From: Octopus bimaculoides
Lineage: Eukaryota
Reading direction: 5' to 3'
Length of the DNA: 64,000 nucleotides
NCBI RefSeq assembly: GCF_001194135.2
Contig: NC_068982.1
Coordinates: 74,679,545-74,743,544 of the forward strand
Every line of letters begins with the position of its first letter. The first letter of the stretch is position 1. A program made the position numbers and the translations under genes. The notes beneath the pieces were generated by a model that saw only the letters and a program-made list of their open reading frames with translations, was not told the origin of the DNA and did no database searches. Of this stretch, positions 24,308 through 38,136 are shown piece after piece.

Positions 24308-24905
24308 ATGTGGTTAAGAAGTTTGCTTCCCAACCACATGGTTTCAGGTTCAGTTCCTCTGTGTAGCCTCCTGGTCAAGTGTCTTTTACTGTAGCCCCAG
24401 GTTGACCAAAGCCTTGTGTGAGCATTTAGTAGACTGAAACTGAAAGAATCCGTAAAATGATCATGATGTATGTGTATGTTTGTGCCTCCTTGCCTTGACA
24501 TTGCATGGTAGTTGTAAATGATTGTCACTGTCATACAAGCAGTGTCATTCATTTTCAATATTCTGTAAGAGCATGCATGGTCATGGAGAAATATAACCTT
24601 TCCTTGAAAACGGGTGAGAATTGGTGATAGGAAGGGCATCTGACCATAGAAAATCTACCTCAATAAATTCCATCTGCTTATATGACAGTGACTCTCATTT
24701 ACAACTCATGCAATATCAAGACAAAGAGACACATCTGCATACATATAAACACAACAAGCTTCCTTCAATTTTCATCTGCCTTATCCAATACACTAGACTT
24801 TGGTTGGCCTGAGCTGAAGAAGACACTTTTAGGTACCACATGGTGGAATTGAACCCGGAACAATGTGGTTGAGAAACAAACTTCTTAACCATACAGCCAC
24901 ATCCG
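24308..24905. mobile_element. Two SINE family 1 copies fused tail-to-tail (+ 24308-24676, - 24677-24905)
   Basis: Orientation switches abruptly after aataaattccatctg. Confidence 0.8.
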
Positions 24906-25108
24906 TATACTTGCATGAACATACATATATGCATATACACTTAACTGACAAAGGTGTGTTCTGCTATTGTACCATACACCTTATTGTTTCTATAGAAACT
25001 AACCACCTCATCCATATTCCTTTGTATCTTTCTATTGCACTTTGTCTGATTAGGTCTTCCGCAACTATATAAGTGAAAGAAATCTTAGAACTTGCAGACA
25101 CACACACA

Positions 25109-25110
<2 letters not shown>

Positions 25111-25154
<44 letters not shown>

Positions 25155-25232
25155 NNNNNNNNNNNNNNNNNNNNNNNNNNNNNNNNNNNNNNNNNNNNNN
25201 NNNNNNNNCCCTCTCTCTCTCTCTCTCTCTCT
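25111..25232. repeat. (CT)n microsatellite spanning an N-gap (25155-25208)
   Basis: Direct. Confidence 0.95.
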
Positions 25233-27549
25233 CATGACCCAGAAATGGTTAACATTCTTTAGAAATATAATAATGGAATGTTGCCAGATGTAAAGCTAAT
25301 ATGGTAACTTTGGTTTTTGTTGTTATTTTATCTTCAGCTTTCTTGATGTAACTTAAATTTTATATCTTGTCTTCTATAGACTCTCCACACACACACACAC
25401 ACACACACATTTTTCTCTCTCATTTGCATATACACATTTATACAATCACACTTACTGAGCAGATACCTTTTCTACAAAATAACTGGGGTTTTTTTTTTTT
25501 TTTCTATAACCTGGATATCATCTCAAAATGATTGAAATTTTTGGTAATGGATGTAATTATGTTCTTAATTTTGTTCCTGAACTGACAACAGTAGTACATA
25601 GTAGTGAGTCAGTGAGATGACTTATAATACTTAAAATATCATTGATTGCTATCATTTGTTTCTTGATATCACTCAGTTCTGGAGTAGTGATTCATACTTT
25701 CTCCAGTGAATAGGAGCTGATCTTACCACTAGAACTAAACAATAACAAACACTACACATCTGTTTCCAGCTAACTTAACAATCCACTTCAAACTCATTCT
25801 CTTCTTTGTGTTTTGTCTTACCTGTTAGGGTATGTTGGGTAAAAGTTAAATCAATGACTAAAGAATTAAGACACACAAGTTTACCACTTGGCAAAAACAG
25901 TTTTTTGCTTAATGTTTAGTTATTGACTGATTACATTCTTTCTTTATTTTATTTTATTTCTTCAACTTAAATCTTTAATCTAAAACAGTTGTGACCTCAT
26001 TCTTTCCTGGCAGTTCAGAAAATAGAGAAATTAGAAAGTTTACATTTTTATAAAGAGCACCTTCCATAGTCGATAAGTCTTACGCACACTCAACATAATA
26101 CCTGCAGTCAAGCAATGTTGAGGTAGAAGTGTCTACCACTGTTGTACACTTGCATCTTTGTCCTGCCTTCTCAGCATATTGAATGTGGGTTTCTTCATAA
26201 GATTTGACTCCTATTCACTTATCTATATTGTAAAAGTGGAAAGTTAGGTGTTGTGTCTAATGGCACTCAGCACAGTGGCTAGCAATGTTAAATCCTCGAG
26301 CTAAATCTTGGAAACCTTTGTATTTTATTCAGTCAAATGAAGCTATGTTTGATTAATACAATTTCTTTAAATAGTCTGCCATTTTTCTGGTATAAATATT
26401 TTCTCTCTCTTCTTTTTGTGAGAAAATAGCAGAATGTTAGCGCATCAGACAAAATACTTTGTGACATTTCTTCCAGCTCTTTACATTTTGAGTTCAAATT
26501 CTGCCAAGGTTATCTTTGCCTTTCATCCTTTCACATCAATAAAATAAGTACCAGTTAAACACTGGGGTTAATACAATCAACTTACCTTCTCCTTTCAAAC
26601 TTGCTGGCCTTATACCAAAATTAGAAAGAAATATCAGCATTCACATCATAGGTTCATTTCCCCATGTTGGCATTGGTTAGGTCTCACAGTAATTTGTCAT
26701 TTGTTGCAATCTTTCATCAACAGCAACAAGAGAATCAATATCAGTTATCTTTGCTATTATATTATGTATTAGGGTTACATTCCTAAATGGTATTTCTCCC
26801 TGCTATATACCATTGCAGTCATCAACCACTTTACATTATGACATAACATTTGTACTTTCTTTGATGTATAGATTACAGATTTGTATCCTGACCAAGATGT
26901 ATATCTTTGAGTAAGCCACAATTCTTGGCATAAGTCAGTGTGAAGTCAGTGTGTTTTTTTTAAGCATTGGTATGCTGGCAAACATAGAAGAGCACCGAAT
27001 TGAATATTTTAACTGTATTTAATGTCATCATTTTATATACTGAGCTGATATTGTCAGGGTCAGATTTGCTTATGATAAAGTAAATTCTACTGATGTACTG
27101 GAGTTAAATCAAATATTCTATCTCCAAATTCCAGAAAATAATTTCATTTGATTAAAGCAATTCTTTACAGTAACAGCGATGGTTCACTGCTGATCAAAAC
27201 AGTCTGCCATTGTAACTTAGAAAATAATAGCAGGCCAGACCAATTTACTTTAAACTATTAAATTTCTTTATTCTAAATTCAAGTTCTTCTGAAATCAGTT
27301 TTAACCTTGACCTTTCATTTCTCCAGATTTATTATGGACCAATACCGAACTAAACATTTTTTCAAGTTTGAATGAAGTCTCTATTTTAACTGTTGTACAA
27401 AAATTTAAGTAGTGCAGAAAAACTGATGTATCCTTTCCAGGTTGTAACGGCCCTATATGCATGGTGTCTGTCTTACATTTCTCTAGAATTAAGCAGATGA
27501 ATGTGAGTGTGTGTAAGTAAACTTGTGTCTGAATATAAGTATTTATTAA

Positions 27550-27741
27550 TCCTGTTCATACCAATCTGTCTATGATTCAAACTTCCTGTTTTAAAGTGAT
27601 CTAAACTAGAACCTTCCATCAAGATTTCATGTTAATTTATATTCCAAATACCAGCTTAATATTGACAGTTACTCCTCATTATTTTACCAAATTAACTGAA
27701 ATAAACTAATGTATTTCTACTAAAATATGTTAACAAAAGGG
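27550..27741 (+). mobile_element. MITE family A copy
   Basis: TTAA flanks, aacaaaaggg-TTAA end, family core. Confidence 0.65.
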
Positions 27742-28879
27742 TTAAATTCTGATATTTTCTAAAAAGCAGTAATAATGGAGAATGCAGCCATGAGGGGAAA
27801 CTAGAGAATCATGATTGCTACCATTTAACTCTGCTGCACTTGACTTACATCCCACAAGTCAGGAGGTTATTGAATGGGCAGTATTTTATCATCACACACA
27901 TCCATGATACCACAATGACCACTTCTGAAAGCTCTGTTTAAAAGATCCTCCTGCACATGAAAATGATTATAGTGAATGAAGCATGCATCAGAACTGCTAT
28001 TCACTTTTCAGACAGTTAAGCTTTTCTTCCTGTGTCCCAACATTTTTTGAGACCACCAGAAACATCGATCCCCAGCTTTTACACATTAGAGTACCTTTCT
28101 CCTAGAATGGTGTGCTAACAAGAACTAGGGGCCCATCACTCCCAAAATGGTCTAAGCATGTCTGTTCATCCCATTTCAAGTATTTCTGTCCATAGTCAAT
28201 GCTAAATATTTGTTGGCCCTATGTTGGGGTGGGGAGGGGGTCATCCCTTGTGAACTGAATAGATGGAAGCTCATCAGATAGGACTGTATTTTACATTTGG
28301 GTTGCTACTGTTTGGAAATAGTTTTACTCTTTTAAAGAAATCAGCTTCCAACTTGGGGCTGTCATGATCTCCAGGACTCATAAGGCCACAAGTTCCCAGT
28401 TATTTATTGTTGGAGCTCATTTACGAGAGCAGTGTGAAATGAACACACTGCACCACCTGATCCAGGAGTTGAAACCTTATAATTGTGATGCAACACTTTA
28501 ACCACTAGGTCACACTCCTTTATCAAAAAAGTCAGTGCTTTAAGTAATTGAATTTATTTCAATGTGTTACCCACAAGGAAGTAGGTGTGTTTTTATATAT
28601 GATGCAGGACTGTTGTAGTAACTATTCTCCCATTGAAAGAATTGAACTCAGCACTGTAAGATAACAAAATAATTATCAGCTTTACAGTGCATTTGTTGCC
28701 TGCAACAATGAATCATGCCACCTATAGTGCTTACTTAAATGACCTACATGGAATTGTCTGGGTCAAGGATACAAGGCAACACAGTATTAAACTTAAATAC
28801 TAAACTGATCACCACCATGTTGGTTGCTATTAAATTATAAGGATTAATCTGATCAGCAAATGGCTATTTGAACCATTAT

Positions 28880-29068
28880 CATTCTCATTTAATGTCCACT
28901 TTTCTATGTTTGCATGGGTCAGATGGAATTTATTGAAGCGACTGTTTCTATGGCCAACCCTCACCTATTTCCAAGCATGGTAATATTTCCCCATAGCCTG
29001 ACATGTTTTTCATAGAAGACTCCAATAAGCAATATTGTTTATATGATGCTTGTTTACACATACACACG

Positions 29069-29122
<54 letters not shown>

Positions 29123-29262
29123 GAGCTTCTTCTGCCTCCAAATCCTTCAAGAATTTGGTCAGCTTAGCACTGTAATAGAAGACACTTGCCCAAAGTGTCA
29201 CATAGTGTAACTGAACCAATGACTACATGGTTAGGAAGCAAGGTTTTCAACCATGCCTGCAC
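28880..29262 (-). mobile_element. SINE family 1, long form with (CA)n
   Basis: Family motifs. Confidence 0.75.
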
Positions 29263-29954
29263 CTATCTAAATGTTTGACCTTTTGACACCAACTTGCCTG
29301 AGACCATCCTTGTTTCTGTGATACAAACTTCCNNNNNNNNNNNNNNNNNNNNNNNNNNNNNNNNNNNNNNNNNNNNNNNNNNNNNNNNNNNNNNNNNNNN
29401 NNNNNNNNNNNNNNNNNNNNNNNNNNNNNNNNNNNNNNNNNNNNNNNNNNNNNNNNNNNNNNNNNNNNNNNNNNNNNNNNNNNNNNNNNNNNNNNNNNNN
29501 NNNNNNNNNNNNNNNNNNNNNNNNNNNNNNNNNNNNNNNNNNNNNNNNNNNNNNNNNNNNNNNNNNNNNNNNNNNNNNNNNNNNNNNNNNNNNNNNNNNN
29601 NNNNNNNNNNNNNNNNNNNNNNNNNNNNNNNNNNNNNNNNNNNNNNNNNNNNNNNNNNNNNNNNNNNNNNNNNNNNNNNNNNNNNNNNNNNNNNNNNNNN
29701 AATGGGGGTGAGATAACCAAAAAGTGCTGAAGAAATCATTTCATGGTCTTTTTAAAATACTGGTTATATACTTTACCATGGCTTTACAAAATGTTATTCC
29801 ATATAGAAAAAAATGACAATTGCATTTCATTATTGATTGGTGAACTAATAGTCATATAACAAAATGAAGATTGTTACTATTTTGTTACTTTATTTTTTTA
29901 TTGGGTACGTGGAAACTGTGGAAGCTTTTCGTGTGTGTGTGTGTGTGTGTGTGT

Positions 29955-30270
29955 GTGAAGGCACATGGCTTGGTGGTTAGGGTATTCGGCTCACAATCAT
30001 GACGTGAGTTCAATTCCCAGTGATGAATTGTGTCATTGAGCAAGACACTTTATTTCACATGCTCCAGCCCACTCAGCTGGCAAAAATCAGTAGTACCTGT
30101 ATTTCAAAGGCCAGCCTTTCCTATCCTGTGCCACACTGAATGTCCCTGAGAACTGTTAAAGATACACGTATCTGTGGACCACTCAGCCACATACATGTTA
30201 ATTTCACAGGCAGACTGTTCCATTGATTGGATTAACTGGAACCCTTGTTGTCATAGCCGACAGTGCCAAT
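29955..30270 (+). mobile_element. tRNA-derived SINE family 3 (also about 28330-28515(-), 40005-40310(+), 63095-63380(-))
   Basis: ggcacatggcttggtggttagg...gagttcaattccc...gagcaagacactttatttcaca.gctccag.ccactcagctggcaaaaat. Confidence 0.7.
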
Positions 30271-32951
30271 GTGTGTGTGTGTGTGCATATCTACACTTGC
30301 TCCCTCCCGTCACTTAACAGGTGTTGACTTGTTTACATCCCCAAAATTTACCAGTTCATCAAAAGAATCTGATAGAATAAGTACCAGGCTTAGGAATAAG
30401 TACTGGAGTCAATTCGTTTGACTAAACCCTTCAAGGTAATGCCCAAGCATGGCTGCAGTCCAATGACAAACAAATGATAAAAGATTTACTTCATCTAGTT
30501 TTGCACCTGTTTTAGGTTGTTCTTAGTCCATCTGTACGAACTTTGTATTCAAGAGTTTTGATATTGAAGCAAATCTAAGCACTTTGCTTTCTTTATCTAA
30601 TTATCTCTATTTAAGATTTATGTTTTTGATAAAAATTTCATTGGTTGCTATTTTACGTCTATTTTTTCATACAGGCATGGGTAGGATGAATTTTGAAAAC
30701 TGAACCTATGTAAATGCTGGAATAATTTGTTTTAAAATTACATCTTTCCTCCTACAAACCGCTTAATTATGAAGTAGAGGTGCGTCATATTATCTAGACA
30801 AGCAGAGTAAGTGGGTTTAGAAAATAATGCTAAACTTGTTTGTAACCTCTTAGTTAATTGTCCAACAATGTAAGCTCAGTCAGTCTCTGCCCTTGTTCCC
30901 ATCTGTGTTTGTGACTTGCTGACATATTTGTTTATGTTTTATTTTAAATATACTATTACATTTAATATTTCAGTTCTTCAATCATTTCTCACAAATGGCA
31001 ATACCATAATGTAGTTGAACCAGAGAGATGCTTGACCTTTTTCTACTCTCTCCTGCTGATTTAATATATCTTGACTAATTTTACTTAGTGATGAGGAAAG
31101 CAAACAATCTTTTACTTACATTATTTACATTTGATGGATATTTGTCCTGTACATAATTCCTCATCTCTTAAATATAGAACTGTATAATCTTTTACTTGTT
31201 GAATTGTCAAAAGTTCAGTGTTTCTTTGATTGGTAATCATTTGTAATTATTGTTTTGTACAGTTTTTGCACTCAAGTGATTATGAATATTCTAATTTGTT
31301 CTCAGTCAAATGTTACATTTGTCAAACTCATCCCCACTTAAAGTTTCCCCCCCATAAGCTTTTTCAACCAGCCCTTTCTCTGATTTTACTATTGTTAATT
31401 TTGGGGAGTTGTCCTGTTTGGTAGATTTACCTAAACTTAATGGTGATAAGTTATTGGGCTAGTAGTTGACTTTGAATCTTCTGCAGGTTACTCATCCATT
31501 TAGAAAGAACTTATAATTCTACATGCATTATGACTCTTGACTCAGCTACAGAGAAAGCGCAAGACTTTGGTTGCTAGACTTGTGTACATTTTAAGACATG
31601 GGATATATGTAGTTAGTAATCAATTATATTGATGTATCAACAAAGGCGATATAAGTTCAATTCCATCACCAATATAATCAGCCTGGGATGGTTTGCAAAA
31701 TTCAAGGCCATTCCTTTGCTTTATTCATCAAAGTAACCTCCATGCTTAAACCCCCTGAAATATGTCTGCTTTGGTAATGTGTTGATCAGTAAAGGCAGAG
31801 TTGATTCTATTCACATTTCAAACTTAGCCATTTGCCTCATGTTAACTGTTCTCTTATAGTTACTGAGATAGTGTCTTTCATTTATATTGCTATTTATTAA
31901 TCACAGAAATATGGAATTATGTAAGCCTTTAACGAATCTTTTAGTTGATTAGCAGCTTATGTCACAGTTATTAATCACTTGGACTCTGTCTTGATATTAA
32001 TGTTGCAATTTGTGCTCATTAACTCCTTAAGATGTGCTAAGTTAAATAGTACTAATTAATTTAGAGGTGTTAATCTTCAGGAATTTAAGTCTTAAAATAG
32101 TAGCAATGGAGTATGGTGCATGGTGTGACAGTATTTATGTGATACCATCATTTACCATGTTTTTATTATTTCTGATTCTTATACCAATGTTAGTTATTAA
32201 TTCGCTTCCTTGCTTCTTGGTCGCCTTCCTCTAACTCCCTGCATGCTGAAAATTATTTTCTCCCTGAACTAACAGCCAGACCCCATCCTTAACTCCCAAC
32301 CCAACCCAGTCAGCCAGAGTTGTTATTTAGTTTTCTTTGGTGGATGAGTCACCTTCATCAGGCTGGGAATTTCAAATTAAAGACAAAAGTTGACTGAGAT
32401 GTAGTCTAGCAGAGATGAGAAATGAAAGACAAAAAAGAAATATTTTACGCGTCTGAGTAAAAGAATATGTCTGCTGCTGCACCACAACACTTCTTAATTG
32501 TTGTGTATTTAAGAAGGGGAGTGTGTTACTATATAGCACCATTTAATTGTTTCTTCTGTATTAGAGAGTGTATAACCGACACCATTATTATTAAATTGTG
32601 TGGCTGGGAGCAGACGGGGTGGTATGTGAGGGAAGAATAAGAGTAGAGCCATACATCACTTGTCTTAATTGCATTGTTTCCATGATTGGGTTTTGTTTAG
32701 AGTTTTGCTGCTTTATTTTATTTTATGTTAAAATTCTATTCACAAAATATGAAGATAAGGGCTGGCAACAATACCTAGACACTTCTTTATTCACCCCTAA
32801 AACCAATATATAATTTGCATGATGAACTTATTATTTATAAGCTATGACTAAACAATCTTAATGGGGGGGGGGGTTCTGTATTTCTGTCAGTTTTCCATAC
32901 TTTTTAAAAATAGATTTATTTTCTGCGTCTTATGATTTGATTTGACTTGAC

Positions 32952-32987
<36 letters not shown>
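32952..32987. repeat. (CAT)n trinucleotide repeat
   Basis: Direct. Confidence 0.95.
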
Positions 32988-34620
32988 TCTTCACATAGAG
33001 TTTATTGCTGGTATTTGAAAATCCATGCATTTCATTATCACTCGTCCTAATCTACACAACATCACTCATGGATGTCAATTCCAACTTGAGAGCAAATTTC
33101 CTTCCAGGCTGTGCAAGATGATATTACATATGCCAACTCTGAAACAGTGCACAATCCTGTATCCCACATAAGCTCCTGACACCAATTTTGAATACACCCT
33201 GATGAGGCTGTAGAAAATTTGCAGTGACAGGTTGATCCGTTTGATGAAAATAGTGACCTGCAAATTTCAGCTGTCTTCATTTCGATTGTCTGACTGACAG
33301 TAAAAGTATTTTAACAAAAGTATGATTACAAAAAGGTTAACACCACCTTGGACCCTAGGTGTTTTGGTGACTTCCTCTCTGATGCAATCATTTAGGTTAG
33401 GTTTTAATAAGAATAACCTTCTCTTCTAGCATTAATTAATCCATTATATAAAATTTATAGGCTTGTAACCTGACTTTAAATCATTTAGTTTTTAATTTGA
33501 TTTCTACCTTAACACTTTAAATAAAGTGATATTGTGGCCAATTCAACTACACTTGTTCTACTTTAGGAGATGTAAAGAGTGTAATCTCTTCATCTGTTTA
33601 TCTTTCTTTCTGCATATTCTATCTGAAATGCTTATTCACTTATTACATACAGTCAATCCCCTTTCTCTTTTAAAGACACTTTCTTTTTTCTTACATTTAT
33701 AAGATATTTCTTATGTGCACAGATCTACAACTACTATTGGTGAGTTGAGCACATATAGATTATCATCCTCCGGTCTAATTCCAGTAAAGTGGTGTGGTCA
33801 GTACTGTACTCAATAACATTTATTGGTTATGATATACAGAGCAAATGCAGTAGAAATTATGATACACACAAGACGCAGTTTATATCATTTGTTCCCTACA
33901 AACATTTCACCATCATCTTGTGTTTATCATGCTTTTTCCTTATATGCATGCTAACACACTTTCCATTAAACTGCTCCCTTTTCCATTAAGTCTCTGATCA
34001 CGTTCTCTCGCAATGTCACTTAACCTCTCAATCATACTTCATCCTTTTAGTCTATTTTCTATCCCTATTGCATACACTTTTTTTTTCTCTGTGGTTATGC
34101 ATTTTACCTAATGCTTTATACATAAGTAATAATTATATCTGAAGTGTCTTTCTATAACGATTTTAGGATTATTTTAAAAGTAATTACTGTATCAAGCCGT
34201 GAGTTCTATTTATATATAAGGCCCTATTTTAATTTTTGATTTCTTTTTTTTTTTTTTTTTTTTTTTTNNNNNNNNNNNNNNNNNNNNNNNNNNNNNNNNN
34301 NNNNNNNNNNNNNNNNNNNNNNNNNNNNNNNNNNNNNNNNNNNNNNNNNNNNNNNNNNNNNNNNNNNNNNNNNNNNNNNNNNNNNNNNNNNNNNNNNNNN
34401 NNNNNNNNNNNNNNNNNNNNNNNNNNNNNNNNNNNNNNNNNNNNNNNNNNNNNNNNNNNNNNNNNNNNNNNNNNNNNNNNNNNNNNNNNNNNNNNNNNNN
34501 NNNNNNNNNNNNNNNNNNNNNNNNNNNNNNNNNNNNNNNNNNNNNNNNNNNNNNNNNNNNNNNNNNNNNNNNNNNNNNNNNNNNNNNNNNNNNNNNNNNN
34601 NNNNNNNNNNNNNNNNNNNN

Positions 34621-34660
<40 letters not shown>

Positions 34661-34665
34661 ATGTG

Positions 34666-34698
<33 letters not shown>

Positions 34699-34880
34699 AT
34701 ATATGTGTGTGTGTATATATATATGTGTGTGTGTGTGTGTGTATATATATATGTGTCAATATGTGTGTATATATATGTATGTATATATGTATATGTTTAT
34801 ATGTATATATGTGTGTATATGCATGTATATATGTGTGTATATATATGTATATATGTGTGTATGTACATATGTGTATATAA
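34621..34880. repeat. Compound (TA)n/(GT)n tract
   Basis: Direct. Confidence 0.95.
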
Positions 34881-35289
34881 AAGATTTTTTTTTCATTTCT
34901 TATATTTTTCTCCTTTTTCTATATCACAGTTTTTATGAATAGCCTTGTTGGATACATTTTTCCAATGAGCCAATCACTTGTTTACTGTGTGTTACAAGAG
35001 TGGCAAAGGAATGTCTTTTACTTGTTTCAGTCATTGGACTGTGACCATACTGGAGCACCACCTTGAGAAGTTTATAAAGGTTTTGATAGCTTTATAATTT
35101 AGGCACAAGGCCTAAATTTTAATGTGGGTGGGATTAGTTGATACTATCGACATCAATGCTTTACTGGTACTTTATTTTTTGACTCTGGTGAGATGAAAAG
35201 TCAAATGACCTTGGCAGTGTTTGAGCTCAGAATGTAAAGAGCTGAGCAAACTACTGCATGGTATTATGTCTAATACTTGCTGGTTGTTT

Positions 35290-35600
35290 GTTTATTTATT
35301 GAGACAGATTTTCTATAATCAGATGCTCTTCCAGTTGCCAACTCTACACCTGCTTCCAAGCATGGTAATATTTCCTCATGGTTAGATATGATATTCATTT
35401 ACAACTGTCATACAATGCTGAAGCAAGGAGACACAAATACACAAACACACACAAGACATCTTTCAGTTTTGATCTTCCAAATTCATTCACAAGGCTTTGG
35501 TCACCCTGGGACTGTAGTAGAGGGCACCTGCCGAAGGTACTACTCAGTGGGACTGGACCCAAGACCATATGATTGGGATGCAAGCTTCTAAACCAATGGC
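35290..35600 (-). mobile_element. SINE family 1, long form
   Basis: Family motifs. Confidence 0.75.
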
Positions 35601-35711
35601 GAGCACCTGAACCTTTTGTTGTCACGTTAAAGTACCATCCAGTGCCCCTGAACCCCAAAATGTGTTTGGATGGAAAATTTCTTAACCATCCAGTTACACT
35701 TCTTTAACATC

Positions 35712-35761
<50 letters not shown>

Positions 35762-37869
35762 CAAGCTTTCTGTTGCACTTTGGATTTGTGCACATTCTTT
35801 TGTTACAGGGACTATGAGCTCTTCTGCTGCAATAACAATATTTTGTTTCTGGGTTGTAGTCATAAACTCAACTTTCAATGCTTGTTAATGATTTCAGAGG
35901 TGAAAGTTTGGCCAGTGTTAGATTTCTCCCCAAAAATTCCAAACCACCTTGGAATACCACTGCTTTTGATGAAGTATCAAGAACTGGGGTGGGTGGCAGG
36001 TTTTGTGTGAATTTCTGGAAGACTCCATAACTGATTCCAACCATATGGGTGGGTTGATGACTGTCATGTTCTAGTGTTTTACAAGTGACTGGCTACCCTC
36101 AATGCTCTTTATCTTGAACTGACACTCTGCTGACCTTGCATCGTGTATACATGTGTACCTCAAACCCTTCTGTTTTAACCTAAAGAATATTTACCAAAAG
36201 ACTGATGAAGCATTTCAAGGGTCTAGATTTACCAAGATTCATGCAAAATTTGATGCTGGCCTGTTCGAATTATATATTATCCATTGTTAAAAATCACAGA
36301 ATCATTCTGTACTTTCATTACAAACCTTCACATAATAACTGAATATGAGAAGGTAGCAAGCAGCCTATGTTTAGACTAAAGAGGCTGGCTTCCAATGGTT
36401 GGCACACGTTTCCATTGAACAGTACAATCATGGCATGTATAGTCTGGAAACTTTATGATAACACTTTGTGTAATAGATGGTAGGTCTCGTTCAACTGAAT
36501 TGATATGTAAATGTTTGAATATTTCACACACACGTGTGCTCTTAACATCATTTTCATAGAGAATCAATGTAGCATAGTTTCTGACAATACTGTGCTCATC
36601 GTACTTGTGTTTAGTTTCTGTCTACTCAGTTTCATTCACAAGCTTTGGGTTGACCTAAGGCTATACAAAATGGGAGCTTAAGGTTGCTAAGCAAACATCT
36701 TAACCATTTGGTCATAATACCCAAGGCAGCACTTACCCTAGGTACCATACAATAGGAATCCACAGATTGCAAAGCAAATTTTTTATCCCCATAATCCTAT
36801 CTGTGTTTAGCATTGATGTATTTGAACTTACATATCTCAGATAATAAAGGTTGAAAGTAAGTAACTTTTTACCAAAAATAAATAACTTTTTTACCAAGAA
36901 TTAAAAAAAAAACCCAATGCCTAATGCTTCTGAACAACTTGTGTTTATTTTATTTGTTCTGGTCTGGTCAGTGTAAAGTGATATGACATGTGAATGTATT
37001 CTAATGTACTTTAGATTTTCCTTTAGTAAACATTGCAATAAGATTTAGACATTTTCTTTAACATTCTTTTGATAGTTAATTGGCTTCTGTCATATCCAAG
37101 TTGTGACTGCTGATGGCAAATTGTTGGTTTCCAAAAATGCCTCATATTTATTGATGGGCCCTGAGAAACCAACTATTCTAGTTTGTTTTGAAATTAGGTA
37201 ATTAATAAAGGAATGTTTATATCTAGAGCTCCAAATTTAAATTACAATTGTTTGTTTGACCAATTGAGGTTAAATTTTTTTTCACTAATAGGATTTTTTT
37301 TTTTCTTTTTTTTTTTGTGATTTGATATTCTTTATAATGTTGACCCACTGATTTTGTACTTATTTTTCGACTAGTTAACCTTACTGAGTAATCTGCATCA
37401 TGTTTTCATATGTCAATGAGATTTTCATGGTAGAAATAAAGGCTAATTGTTAGTAAGAGAGCTATGTTAGTAGGTTTCTTTGGTGGGGGGTGCAATGTGT
37501 GTGTAGCTATTCAGCTTTGGTTTGCTTCAAAGTTAAGCAGTCTGTATATTTTTAATGGGTTAGAAAAACAAAATTTGCTCATATTTTCACACACACACAC
37601 ACACACACACATAGTTTGCTTTCTATTCTCTTCTGGTCTTACTAAACACTGGACATATATAAAATACTGAGATTTTCTGTTCATGTTTGGATATTTCAAA
37701 TTATTAATTATGTCATGCAAAGACTTGAATTTTGGGGATGGGTATGTGTAAGCATGCTTGAAATTTGGTTGTTGTCAGTACCTGATGATTTGATGGTGTG
37801 ACTAAGTTTTCTGTTTATGGAAATAAAACTTAGCTTTATAATAATAATCCTTTCAGCTGAATGCCCAAG

Positions 37870-38055
37870 GCTTGAAATTTGGGGATAGAGTACTAGTCAA
37901 CTACATCAACTCCAGTGTTTCACTGGTACTTAATTTACCAACCCTGAAAGGATGAAAGGCAACATCAACCTCAGCGGAATTTGAACTCAGAATGTCATGA
38001 CGGACAAAATACCGATAAGTATTTTGCCCAGTGTGCTAACAACTCTGCCAGTTTG
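37870..38055 (-). mobile_element. SINE family 2 copy, relatively well preserved
   Basis: cagcggaatttgaactcagaatgtcatgacggacaaaataccgataagtattttgcccagtgtgctaac. Confidence 0.75.
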
Positions 38056-38070
38056 AAGTTTTTTTTTTTT

Positions 38071-38076
<6 letters not shown>

Positions 38077-38132
<56 letters not shown>
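38077..38132. repeat. (TA)n microsatellite (similar tracts at 19025-19065, 35716-35756, 49883-49939)
   Basis: Direct. Confidence 0.95.
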
Positions 38133-38136
<4 letters not shown>

